Assembly (NCBI RefSeq): GCF_964204645.1
Contig: NC_134028.1
Span: 14,143,653 to 14,207,652, forward strand
Direction of reading: 5' to 3'
Length of the DNA: 64,000 nt
Origin: Tubulanus polymorphus
Taxonomy: Eukaryota > Animalia > Nemertea
Shown here piece after piece: positions 25,484 through 36,169 of this stretch; positions within the stretch are counted from its first letter, which is position 1; each line of letters opens with the position of its first letter. The position numbers and the translations under genes are program-made. A model generated the notes under the pieces. That model searched no databases. It saw nothing but the letters and a program-made list of their open reading frames with translations, and had not been told where the DNA came from.

Positions 25484-26731
25484 ATGAGTGGGAGTTATAT
25501 AAGTCCTTCTAAGATTTCTAGAATATCTAATGCTATTAAAGCAGAAAGATCACATCATATAATTACTCATAACCCTTCAAATATTAATCCCGATGAAACT
25601 TTATACGTTAGAATCCCTCGATTAACACAAAATAGTTTTTATGTTCCAAACAGTATTTATTTATCAGCTGATATAAAAGTAATCGGTAATAATAATAATT
25701 ATGTTGTTGATAATGTTGGAAGATATTTGATTAAAAAGTTAACAATAAAGATTGGTCCAGAAACAGTTTTCTCATTAGATGATTATAATTTATTTATGCA
25801 CTATAAAGATTTATGGTTAACTAAAGAAAATAGAAATAATATGATATTTCAAGGAATTCAATCAGAAAACCAAAATAAATTAAGATCTGAAGCCAATAAC
25901 GCAATAGTAAATAATGACGTAGATAATTTGATTAAAAAGATTTATGGAAGCAAATATAAAATTCCATTAGACTTTGAATTGATAAATAATAATGCACCTT
26001 TATATAAATACGCAATTCAAGAAGATATTATATTTGAGATAACATTTGCTCCTGTAAATGAAATTGTATTATCTAGCGTTGTTAAAGATATGAGTTATAA
26101 ATTATCGAATATATGTTTAGAATATGATACAGTAACTGATGAAAATATTTCAAGTATAATTCAAACTCAATACAATCAAGGATTTTCATTATTATATGAT
26201 TATATTGATAAATTTAAAACTGTAACTATTAATGCAAATGATGAAATAATTAATGAGAATATTAACTTTCCTAGAAGATCTATTAAAGGTATATTAATAT
26301 TTTTTACTATTGGAACGTATACTAATGGCGCAATAAATGTTGATAATTATTATAATCCTGAAATAACAAAAGTAGAAATAACTATCGAAGGTATAGCGAA
26401 TAAAATATTTTGTCAAGGAATGAGAATGATTGATCAATGGGTAGAAATTAAAAAACATTTTATGAATGAAAAAGTAAAATCATTTGAAAATTGTAACATT
26501 AATCAAATTGATTATTATACCGGTAATAAATTTGCATTATGGGTAGATTTTAGAACAACTGAAGATAATTCATTACATGGTTCTGGGAAAAAATTACAAA
26601 ATACAAAAGATGGAATACAATTATTTATGAAAAAGAAAAAGGGAATGAAAAATTTTAAAATGCATATTTATATTATATCTGACGCACAATTAAATATTGT
26701 AAATTCTCAATTAGATAGTATTCAATATTAG
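25484..26731 (+). CDS. Major capsid protein (putative double jelly-roll)
   Basis: 415 aa, beta-rich, with typical Polinton MCP-like segments (IKKLTIKIG, YKIPLDF, LSNICLEYD, MHIYIISDA) and a position next to integrase/ATPase. Fold inferred, not computed. Confidence 0.75.
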   Translation: MSGSYISPSKISRISNAIKAERSHHIITHNPSNINPDETLYVRIPRLTQNSFYVPNSIYLSADIKVIGNNNNYVVDNVGRYLIKKLTIKIGPETVFSLDDYNLFMHYKDLWLTKENRNNMIFQGIQSENQNKLRSEANNAIVNNDVDNLIKKIYGSKYKIPLDFELINNNAPLYKYAIQEDIIFEITFAPVNEIVLSSVVKDMSYKLSNICLEYDTVTDENISSIIQTQYNQGFSLLYDYIDKFKTVTINANDEIINENINFPRRSIKGILIFFTIGTYTNGAINVDNYYNPEITKVEITIEGIANKIFCQGMRMIDQWVEIKKHFMNEKVKSFENCNINQIDYYTGNKFALWVDFRTTEDNSLHGSGKKLQNTKDGIQLFMKKKKGMKNFKMHIYIISDAQLNIVNSQLDSIQY

Positions 26732-26761
26732 AAATATAAAGTTAAAATTAAGGATATATAA

Positions 26762-27888
26762 ATGAGTGGTAAAAAACTCCTAATACTAAAGAACAATATT
26801 TAAGAAATTTATATTACAACCCTGAGAGTTCGGTTGCTTATTCTTCTACTAAAAATATATGGCGTAAAGTAAAACAAGATAAATTAGATAAGATAATCCC
26901 ACAAAATTTAGTTAAATATAAAGATATAAATGAATTTATGTTAGAACAACCAACATATACAACACATAAAAAAATTGTTAGAAAATATAAAACTCGTAAA
27001 ACTATGGTAAGTTATGTAGATCAACAGTGGCAAGGAGATTTAATTGATATGAAAAATCTTAAAAAAGATAATAATGATTATTGGTGGATATTGAATATAA
27101 TTGATATTTTTAGTCGTTATGTATGGAGCTTCCCACTTTATAGAAAAGATGCTGCACAAACATCACATGTTTTAAGAAAATTTCTTTCAGGTGGTAAACT
27201 AAAACCAGAAAAAATTCAATTTGATGATGGAAAAGAATTTGATAATTCATTAGTTCATGAACTTTTAGATTTTCATAATATTAAATATTTTTCGACAAAA
27301 TCGGATAAAAAAGCAGCAGTTGTTGAACGATTTAATAGAACATTGAGAACAAGAATGTCAAAATATTTCACAGCAAATAATACTTATAAATGGATTGATG
27401 TTTTACCAAAATTTATAGAAGGATATAATAATTCTTATCATTCTTCTATTGGAATGAAACCTATTGATGCTAGAAAACCTGAAAATGCTGAAATTGTTTG
27501 GAATAATTTATATGGAGCATTTCTTGTTGATGATTTTGGTGAACCTAAATTTAAAGTTGGTCAAAATGTTAGAATTTCTAAGTATAAAAAGATATTTGAC
27601 AAAGGATACGATCGAAATTTTACTAGAGAAATATATAAAATAAAAAAGGTAATAACAACAAAACCATATGTCTATAAATTAGAAGATTTAGATGGTGAAG
27701 AAGTTGATGGCTACTTTTACGAAGAAGAATTAAGTTTAACTACTGAAAATCTAGAACAAGAATATAAAATTGAAAAAGTACTAAAAACAAAAACTGTTAA
27801 AAGAAAAAAATATTCTTTAGTAAAATGGGTTGGATGGCCAGATAAATTTAATGAATGGATATTATCAAGTAAAATTAAAAATATATAA
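26762..27888 (+). CDS. Retroviral-type (RVE) integrase with C-terminal chromodomain (5' frameshift; main ORF 26938-27888)
   Basis: WQGDLID...IDIFSRY...QFDDGKEF...VERFNRTL DDE core; YKIEKVL...VKWVGWPDKFNEWI chromodomain. Confidence 0.93.
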
Positions 27889-28497
27889 ATGAATAAGGAA
27901 TTATTCATATTTGAACCTCATAATATGTTAATTTCTGGTGTAACAAATTGTGGAAAAACTTATTTTATATTAAATTTATTAGAAACTGTTTACAAAAACT
28001 ATTTTGATAATATAGTATTATTTTGTCCAACATATGAATTTAATCAAACTTATGATAGAAACATTACTAGAAATAATAAATTTATTATATTAGATCCTAA
28101 AACAGTAAAAGAAAATTTAGATAATTGTATAAAAATAGCAATTGATATTTATAAAGGATCAAATACATTATTTATCATAGATGATTGTGCTAATCTACAT
28201 GATTCAAAAGTTAGAGAAAGTGAGTTATGTTATTTAGCTTTTTCTGGCAGACATTTTGGGATAACAACTTGGGTTTTAAATCAAAAATATAATTCAATTG
28301 TTAAAGACTTTAGAGAAAACATTAGATTTCTAGTTTTATTCTACAATAAAGATAGAAAATCGATGAAAAATGCACTTGAGGAAAATGATATTATTCCACA
28401 TGATTTACATAATGAATATATGGATAAGTTGAAAAATATTAAAAGATCAAAATTACTATTTAGATTACAACACCCATTTAAATATGAATTTATTTAA
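27889..28497 (+). CDS. A32-like (FtsK/HerA) genome packaging ATPase
   Basis: Walker A GVTNCGKT, Walker B FIIDD, GRH motif, Q...RxN. Confidence 0.92.
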   Translation: MNKELFIFEPHNMLISGVTNCGKTYFILNLLETVYKNYFDNIVLFCPTYEFNQTYDRNITRNNKFIILDPKTVKENLDNCIKIAIDIYKGSNTLFIIDDCANLHDSKVRESELCYLAFSGRHFGITTWVLNQKYNSIVKDFRENIRFLVLFYNKDRKSMKNALEENDIIPHDLHNEYMDKLKNIKRSKLLFRLQHPFKYEFI

Positions 28498-28499
28498 AT

Positions 28500-28870
28500 T
28501 CAATTAGTTTGTTAATCTAGTTGAATTCTAGTTATTGGTAGTTGTAACAAAAATCAAATAGATTTAACAATATTTTAACTAGCTTGTTAATCTAGTTTAA
28601 TTCTAGTTACATTCTAGTTGAATTCTAGTTGTTAGTAGTTGAAACAAAAATCAACTAGAATGTAACTAGAAATAAACAAAAACAACAATATTTCAACTAG
28701 CTTGTTAATCTAGTTGAATTCTAGTTACATTCTAGTTGAATTCTAGTTGTTAGTAGTTGAAACAAAAATCAACTAGATTTAACAAGAAATAAACAAAAAC
28801 ACTAATATTTCAACTAGCTTGTTAATCTAGTTGAATTCTAGTTACATTCTAGTTAAATTCTAGTTGCAAC
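28500..28870. repeat. Non-coding repeat array (~118-bp units of CTAGTT/GAATTC subrepeats)
   Basis: AACTAGCTTGTTAATCTAGTT recurs at ~28577, ~28695 and ~28812. Confidence 0.85.
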
Positions 28871-28899
28871 ATCACACAATTAATTTTTTTGTTATATAA

Positions 28900-29454
28900 A
28901 TGGTAGGTGAAAAGAAAATAAAATCTAAAAATGGTGATGTTCCAATTGAAAAAACTTTAGATGATTTAGGAATAACAGAAACAAAATTAACTCCAGATGA
29001 TGGTGCTTTAAATAATGTTACAACAAATAATAATTATGAATATTATCTTTATTGTAAACATCAATTAGAAATATTAATAGCATCTGGAAAATGTAAAAAT
29101 TTTGTTGGTAAAAATTTAACTTATAATGAATTAGATACAATGAAATCAGATGAAATTATTAGATTATTTAAGATTTATGAAGCCGCGAGAACAGCTAGAA
29201 TTAATGATGCGATATCAGAAAATGTAGTAAAAGGTTATAGTAAATTATGTAATTATATACTACCAATTGAAGATGAAAATAGATTATATTCCGATTTAAA
29301 AAATGATTATTTAGTTACGACAGAATTAAATAAATGGATTGGATATTTATCATTTCAATTAGGTGGATTTATGACATTATTATCAACTGGGGTTATAACA
29401 TTTTCAAATATTGAAAGTAAAAATATTTCTATAATAAATGAGCGAGGTGGATGA
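28900..29454 (+). CDS. Conserved hypothetical Polinton protein (C-terminal hydrophobic segment)
   Basis: Homologs at 36170-36740 and 60899-61500. Confidence 0.8.
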   Translation: MVGEKKIKSKNGDVPIEKTLDDLGITETKLTPDDGALNNVTTNNNYEYYLYCKHQLEILIASGKCKNFVGKNLTYNELDTMKSDEIIRLFKIYEAARTARINDAISENVVKGYSKLCNYILPIEDENRLYSDLKNDYLVTTELNKWIGYLSFQLGGFMTLLSTGVITFSNIESKNISIINERGG

Positions 29455-29791
29455 AGTGAAGAAAAAACCGAGATCACAGAAACAAATTGAATGGTCTCGG
29501 CAATTAGGAATTAAATCACAAGAATATAAAAAAGCTGTAAAAGAAAAAATAAGTAATAAAAATGTTAATAAAAATAGTGAAAATGTTGTTATTTCTAATC
29601 CTTCTAATGATAGAATATTTGATAAATATTTATATTTTACAGTTGGATTTGTAATTGTATTCATTTTGATTGGGTGTAATTGGTATAAGAAATCAAATAA
29701 AATTCATGGTATTAGTAATTCTGAACCAACTGCTATCAAAAATGAAAGTACTTCTGAAATTCCAAAATTGATAATAAAAAAAATGGATTAA
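29438..29791 (+). CDS. Small single-TM protein with basic N-terminus (KKKPRSQKQI)
   Basis: Homolog at 36737-37072. Confidence 0.78.
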   Translation: MSEVDEVKKKPRSQKQIEWSRQLGIKSQEYKKAVKEKISNKNVNKNSENVVISNPSNDRIFDKYLYFTVGFVIVFILIGCNWYKKSNKIHGISNSEPTAIKNESTSEIPKLIIKKMD

Positions 29792-29851
29792 TATTTTAGA
29801 AAAAAAGCAAAAAAAAATAATTTTTTTAATTAATTAAATATTAATTGAATA

Positions 29852-29914
29852 TCTAACTACTTTTGTCTATCTATGAGGAGCAATTAAATTGTCCAGATAA
29901 GTCATTTCGGATTC
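29852..29914 (-). other. Conserved ~65-nt structured non-coding element (copy 1)
   Basis: Also at 35797-35862 (+) and 61733-61799 (-); hairpin with compensatory changes. Confidence 0.6.
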
Positions 29915-29952
29915 TAGATATTCATTATTTTTATTAATCTATTTTTTTAAAT

Positions 29953-30279
29953 TTAATCAACAATTTCTAAATCATGATGGCCATCTTCATTTTTCCCATG
30001 ATATATTATTTTAAATCCTACTAAATCTTTCAATTCCTCCATACTCAATGAAACCCATTTATCGGGTAAAAACACTTTAAATTCTCGCGATGTACTAACA
30101 TTACAGTAGCTTAAATTAGCTGATACTTTCTCTCCATATTTAGTTTTTATCTTTTCTAATTTTAATATTTTATGTTCAATTTCTTTTGTAACATCAACTA
30201 ACTTTTTTATTTCAAATTGTTTTTTTGCTGGTTTTATTCTGTTATTTATTGTTGCTAAGAATGCTTTTCTATCTCCCAT
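29953..30279 (-). CDS. Conserved small protein (possible OB-fold/ssDNA-binding, inferred)
   Basis: Starts inside the right TIR. Homolog at 51729-52082 shares KYG...F(K/R)xxLPD...GKNExGHH. Confidence 0.7.
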   Translation of the reverse strand: MGDRKAFLATINNRIKPAKKQFEIKKLVDVTKEIEHKILKLEKIKTKYGEKVSANLSYCNVSTSREFKVFLPDKWVSLSMEELKDLVGFKIIYHGKNEDGHHDLEIVD

Positions 30280-30364
30280 TTATTAGGGAAAAAAATTACT
30301 TGTGGTGATGAGTGGTGTCTCGTCCTCTCGTCCTCTGATCTGAACCCCTGATATTCCAATTACT
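30275..30364 (-). repeat. Right TIR of Polinton A
   Basis: Reverse complement of 13841-13930, followed by TSD GAGGTT. Confidence 0.97.
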
Positions 30365-31097
30365 GAGGTTAACTTTTATAAACATCATTACCAAATCAAA
30401 ACCTGCACATCCTATCATAAATAGAAATTCTAAGAATTTATTTCAAAGAATAATAAATTACGTCTAAATATTGGGATTCGAACTCGTAGCATCGATTCAG
30501 GTGCCTTTCCCAAAGCGGGTATCCCGCGGGGAAAACCCATTACTATTTATATCGAGAATGGCCTTTTTGACAGCGAGTTCGGTGAATGAAACAGAAACAA
30601 TTACACAGAAACCCATCATGGAAAGTTTCTTTCTGGTTAAGTAGTTCATTAGATAATTTATCAAAATCATTAGTTGATAATGAATTAAGAATATTAAAGC
30701 AACATTACCCAAATAATGATGATTTTCAATTAATGAGATATAAAGGCGCAATTCCATATTCATTTTATAAATCGCATAATGATTTTAACATGACTGAATT
30801 ATTAAAAGAACAATTCTATGATGAATTAAAAAATGAATATGTTAAAGATGAAGTATATAATAGAAAATTGAATATTTGGAATCATTTTGGAATGAAAAAT
30901 CATGGACAATTAGTAGATTTATATTTAAAATCAGATGTATTATCATTAACTGATATATTTGAAAGGTTTAGAGATGTAAATCTAAAATATTTTAATATTG
31001 ATCCATGTCATTGTTATTCTAGTCCAGGAATAACTTGGGACTGTGGTTTAAAATTTACAGATATAAAAATGGATTTGTTAACAAATATAGATCAATT

Positions 31098-31306
31098 GAG
31101 GAGAGAATCCCACAATGATAATAAAAAGTCCGAAAATGAAACTTCGAGATTAGTAGTTTATTTCAACGTTTCGACTATATCCTAATAGTCATCTCCAGGA
31201 ATAATGACTACTATCTCGAAGTTTCATATTCGGACTTTTTATTATCATTGTGGGATTCTCTCCTCATCGCGTCAACACGGATATTGTGTTCTACCTATCG
31301 TGATAA
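31098..31306. mobile_element. Penelope-type pseudo-LTR fragment with ~60-bp inverted repeat and degenerate hammerhead
   Basis: 7-bp TSD ATCAATT (31091-31097 and 31307-31313). Minus strand CTGGAGATGACTATTAGGATATAGTCGAAACGTT. Confidence 0.65.
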
Positions 31307-32654
31307 ATCAATTATTATTATTTGAAAAATCTATAAGAGGAGGAGTTTCAGGTGTATTAGGTGATAGGTATTTCAATGTAAATGATAACCCTGGATATAA
31401 GTTATTATATATAGATGCAAATAATCTATATGGTTGGGCAATGATGGAACCACAACCTTATGGAGTATTTGAAATAACTGAAGTTTTACAGTATGAAAAT
31501 AATGATAAATACGATTGGAAGAAAAGAATTCTAGATATTTTAGATGATTCAGATACTGGTTACTTCTTTGTTGTAGATTTAGAATACCCTGAAAACATTA
31601 AATCTAAATCTAGAAATCTAGCATACTGTCCCGAACATAAAACTGTAACACATGAAGAATTATCAAATTATCAAAAAAGAATTAAACTTGAAAATCATAT
31701 TCATACAGAAAAGTTAATGGTAACTCAGGAACATAAATATAAGTACGTAGTGCATTATCGGATGTTAAAATTCTGAAATCTAAAACGAGGAATGATTCTA
31801 AAAAAAGTACATATACATACTTCATTTAGTCAATCTAAATGGTTAGAAAAATATATAGATTTTGATACCAAACAGAGAACTAAAGCTAAAACTGACTTTG
31901 AGAAAGATTTTTTCAAACTAATGAATAATGCATTTTATGGTAAGACTTGTGAAATAGTAGAAATTATATTAGAAATAGAAATGATATTGAGTTAGTTAGT
32001 AATGCTAAAAGAATTAGACATTTACCAAAATATCCTAAATTTATTGGTAACAGAATATTTGATGAAAATTTAGCTGCTGTTAAAATAAGGAGGACTTCTT
32101 TGAATTATCAAAAAAGAATTAAACCCGAAAATCATATTCATACAGAAGAGTTATTGGTAACTCAGGAAGATAAATATAATTATGTAGTACATTATAGAAT
32201 GTTGAAGTTTTATTTGAATCAAGCAATGATTCTAAAAAAAGTACATAGGTATATTTCATCCAGTCAATCTAAATGGTTAGAAAAATATATAGATTTTAAC
32301 AGCAAACAGAGAACTGAAGCTAAAACTGATTTCGAGAAAGATTTCTTCAAGTTAATGAATAATGCATTCTATGTTAAGACTTGTGAAAATATTAGAATTA
32401 GAAATGATATTGAGTTAGTTAGAAATGGTAAAAGCATTAGGCATTTACAAACATATCCTAAATTTATTGGTAACAGAATATTTGATGAAAATTTAGCCGC
32501 TGTTAAAATGAGAAGAACATCAATTAAATTTAATAAACCAATTTATGTTGGTGCTTCAGTTTTAGAAATATCAAAACTATTAATGTATGAATTCTTTTAT
32601 AACGTATTACGACCTCATTTTGGAGAAAAGCATATAGAATTCTTATATTTTGAT

Positions 32655-33700
32655 TCTGTAACAGCTGACACCCCAATATTTTTAAAATATATTAATCAAA
32701 TGTTAATTAGAAGAATTTCAGAAATAATTCCAAAACAAAATGAACTTTATATTTCGTATGGTGAAAAAGAATTAATACAAATAAATGGATTAATGGATGT
32801 TTGGACAGAAAATGGATGGGTGAAATTAAAAGAATATAATTAGACATAAAATAAATAAAAAGATTTATAGAGGTAGAACTAAATTAGGATTTGTTGATGT
32901 TACTGAAGATCATAGTTTAATTCAACAAAATGGTGATGAAATAAAACAAACTGATATAAAAATTTGAGATGAATTATTACATAAAAGATTATACCAAAGA
33001 ATGAATTATATGTCATTTGGTGAAATAATTGATAATATTTATAATATAGAACCTGAAACATTGGAAGAAAAAGAATATTTTATCAAAGGATTTTTTATTT
33101 GAGATGGATCAGCAGGTGTGTATAAATATGTTGAAATAAATATTGTTGGTATTTATGCAATCAACATTTGAAATTATTAGAAAGAATTAAAAAATACTGT
33201 GAAGAATAAAAAAGAATTTCCAAATAAAACATTTAGAATCATAGAATACACGTAAATAATTCAAAAGATTTTGCTATAAAATATAATGATGAATTTTATT
33301 TTCCTGCAATCATTAAAAGTAATACTTCAACCAAAGAAAAGATTGTGCCAGATTATGTATTAAATTCAAAATATGATTTAAGAAAATGGTTCTTCATTGG
33401 ATTTTATGCTGCAGATGGTTCAAAAAACTATACGAAACAGAAAACTATATCTTTGACACAAAAAGGAAAAGTTGCTATATCAGGATTAAATATATTATGC
33501 AATTCATTAGGATTTAATATGTTAGTAAATATTAGAAAGGATAAACCAAATGTATTTCAATTAAATATTGATGCATGTAAAAATTAACTAACAGAAGAAG
33601 TTAGAGATTTATTTGAAATATCCAATCCTACAGAATATGTTTATGATTTAACAACTGAAGATGGTACATTTAATTGTGGATTTCCATTAATCATAAAAAT
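32655..33700 (+). pseudogene. Degraded allele of the pPolB intein (LAGLIDADG)
   Basis: SVTADTPIFL...VTEDHSL...FFIGFYAADGS...VYDLTTEDGTF...IK(N)|TDS, at the same site as 17466-18530. Contains stops and frameshifts. Confidence 0.92.
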
Positions 33701-34257
33701 ACAGATTCTTACATATTAAAGATAAAAACTAATAACATAACAGATGATTTAAAAACATTAAAACATCATTTTGATTTCAGTAACTATCCAAAAGCTCATG
33801 AATTGTTTAACAATGATAATAAATAGGTGCCCGGTAAATTCAAAGATGAATTAGGTGGTGAAGAAATGATTGAATTCATAGGTATTAGATCTAAAATGTA
33901 TAGTTATAAAACTAAAACTCATGAAGAAATTGAAAGGAATGACCAAAAGCGTAGTAGAAAAGAATATTCATTTCAAAGATTACATCAATTGTATATTTAA
34001 TGAATAAGTTAGAAACTATAAGATGAAATGTTTAAGATCTGAAGATCACGAGATGTTTATTGAAGAGATAGAGAAGATAAGTTTTAACCCATTCGATGAT
34101 AAAAGATATATTCTAGATGATGGAATTCATACAGTCGGTTATGGTTGCAATTTAGAAGAATATTTAAAATTTAAAAGGGAAGAGTCAAAAGAGAATGAGA
34201 TTATGAAAAGGATTCTAGCGTGTTAATCAAATTTTAGTAAAAAAATATGTATAATAA

Positions 34258-34927
34258 ATGGAGCGGGAACAATCACAAACTAACAATATTACAAATAGTG
34301 CTGTTAATATATACTATAAGAAATATTCAAAATGTGAATTTGATAAACAATCTTCAGAATATAATACAGATAGATATTCTAAAGATGGTAAGCAGAGTTA
34401 CTGCAAAACTTGTAGCAAACTATATGCTAAACAATATCAAGTGAATAATCCAGAAAAATGTAATGAAAAAATAGACGTTGGCGAGCTAATAATCCAGAAT
34501 ATTATAATAATTATCAAAAAGAAAGGTATAAAACAGATTTTAATTTCAAAATGAGAAAATGTTTAAGTTCTAGATTATCACAACTATACAGTAAAGATAA
34601 TCACTCAGACACACTATCTAATTTGTTGGGTTGTTCAGATGAATTCTTAAAATCATGGATTATAAATCAGTTCAATGATGAAATGAATATTAATAATTAT
34701 GTTGAATACTTTCATATTGATCATGTGTTACCAATATCTAAATTTAACATGAATGATGAACACAATGAGAAATTAATCTGGAACTGGAAAAACTTAAGAC
34801 ATTTAGAAAAGAAAGATAATGAAATTAAATCTAACAAACTAGATTTTCAGTTGTATTTAGATCAGCTGTGTAAAGCAAAGACATTTGTTGAATTATGGAA
34901 CTCAACACAGAACGAAAAATACGTTGA
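34258..34927 (+). pseudogene. HNH-type endonuclease (giant-virus-like, CxxC plus HIDH...N...N), frameshifted
   Basis: SYCKTC then FHIDHVLP...WNWKNLRHLEKKDNEIKSNK. Homolog at 63404-63990. Confidence 0.75.
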
Positions 34928-35796
34928 ATCTGAAGCGCTTAGAAAACCGGTAACTCTCGATCTATGTCAAACTGATTATATACAATTGTATTACATCAGA
35001 CCGTCGACGAACATCATAATGCAAAGCTGTAGGTTGTTTACAAAACATCTGTCGCAGTTGTATTCAGTTGAATGGGGAGTACCTCATTTGAACATTGATC
35101 AAACGCGCTCTTTCGGTTGAAAAGAATTAATCAATTTCATCATAACAGAACACCTGTTACCATCGCGGCAGACAGTGTTTAGCTAGTGAATAACTGGCAG
35201 TTATAAGCGCGCAGTGCATAAGCATAGGAACGCATAGGATTTCTCTCTGGAAACATTATTAGGAGTCTACAGTTCTAAATGTAAGTACCGTTTTTGTTGT
35301 TAATAAGGCGCTGGGAAACGTTAAACATGTTTAAGTGCTGTAATTGATATTTGACAACTACAACTTCAAGTTAGTTTAATTCTACGCTAGATATTTATCT
35401 TTTAGATAACAAATTGCTACGCGTAACAAGAAGACAATTGCTATTTGAGTCATGAAAGTGAAGATGGAAGGATGTGGAATCAGAAATTATGGATATTTCA
35501 ACTCATGAGACTGTAGCAGTTTAGTCATACTGTATAGACTTTCAATGTATTACGTTTGCCGGAATTTCAAAAGCGTCATTCAGTCGTTGTTAATGGTTAC
35601 AGCGACAGATGTTGTATTATACTTTATTGATTCCTGCATTCCACACATACCTTACCGGGCCTCAGCCGAGCGGCTTGGAATGTGGAAATCGATACTGACT
35701 GTAGAATAAAATACAATAAAATACATGTGTTTATGAAATAGTATTTCCACCAAGCGTTTCGTTGAATTGATTTTCAGTTTGAGGATTTATTATCGA

Positions 35797-35862
35797 GGAT
35801 CCGAAATGACTTATCTGGACAGTTATAGTTACCGCTCCTATAGATAGACAAAAGTAGTGAGA
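35797..35862 (+). other. Conserved structured non-coding element (copy 2)
   Basis: GGATCCGAAATGACTTATCTGGACAG...CTCCTATAGATAGACAAAAGTAGTGAGA. Confidence 0.6.
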
Positions 35863-36169
35863 TATTGAATCCTAATTTAGATAAAAAGTATTTAAATAAA
35901 CAATAACTTCAAATAGTAATAAAATAACTTAAAACTTTAACACTAGATTGAATAGATTTTGATAAGAATTGAATAAAAAAACAATAACTTCAAATAGATA
36001 GTGAATTATATTATATTTTTAATATTTTCTTTTGCAATTCTAGTTAACACTAGATTAAATAGATTTTGAATAGATTCAAGTAAAAGTATTACTTATCAAA
36101 CACTACTATCACATTAAGTATTATTCTAGTATCATTTTATAATATTTTGCCGCTTTTTCTATTATATAA

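Larger units (their letters stand above)
13841..30364. mobile_element. Polinton/Maverick-type endogenous DNA virus, element A (16,524 bp, intact termini)
   Basis: 90-bp TIRs with 5'-AG...CT-3' ends and 1 mismatch. 6-bp TSD GAGGTT at 13835-13840 and 30365-30370. Encodes pPolB, integrase, ATPase and two capsid proteins. Confidence 0.96.
12865..30636 (+). mobile_element. Helentron-associated non-autonomous element (HINE/DINE-1-like, ~1.24 kb), split by Polinton A into 12865-13834 and 30371-30636
   Basis: Inserted in a T-run. 5' hairpin GATGGGTTTCGTC...GACGAACCCATC, then a (GTCT)n microsatellite. 3' sub-TIR GAAACCCATC (30608-30617) plus a short hairpin. pPolB frame SYRF|LSSSLDN rejoins across it. 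Confidence 0.7.
30637..34226 (+). pseudogene. polB: Polinton B1 pPolB, C-terminal segment with degraded intein
   Basis: LSSSLDNLSK through DANNLYG, KLMNNAFYGK, YFD|intein|TDS and FDDKR. Internal ~437-bp tandem duplication (31666 vs 32103). Confidence 0.92.
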
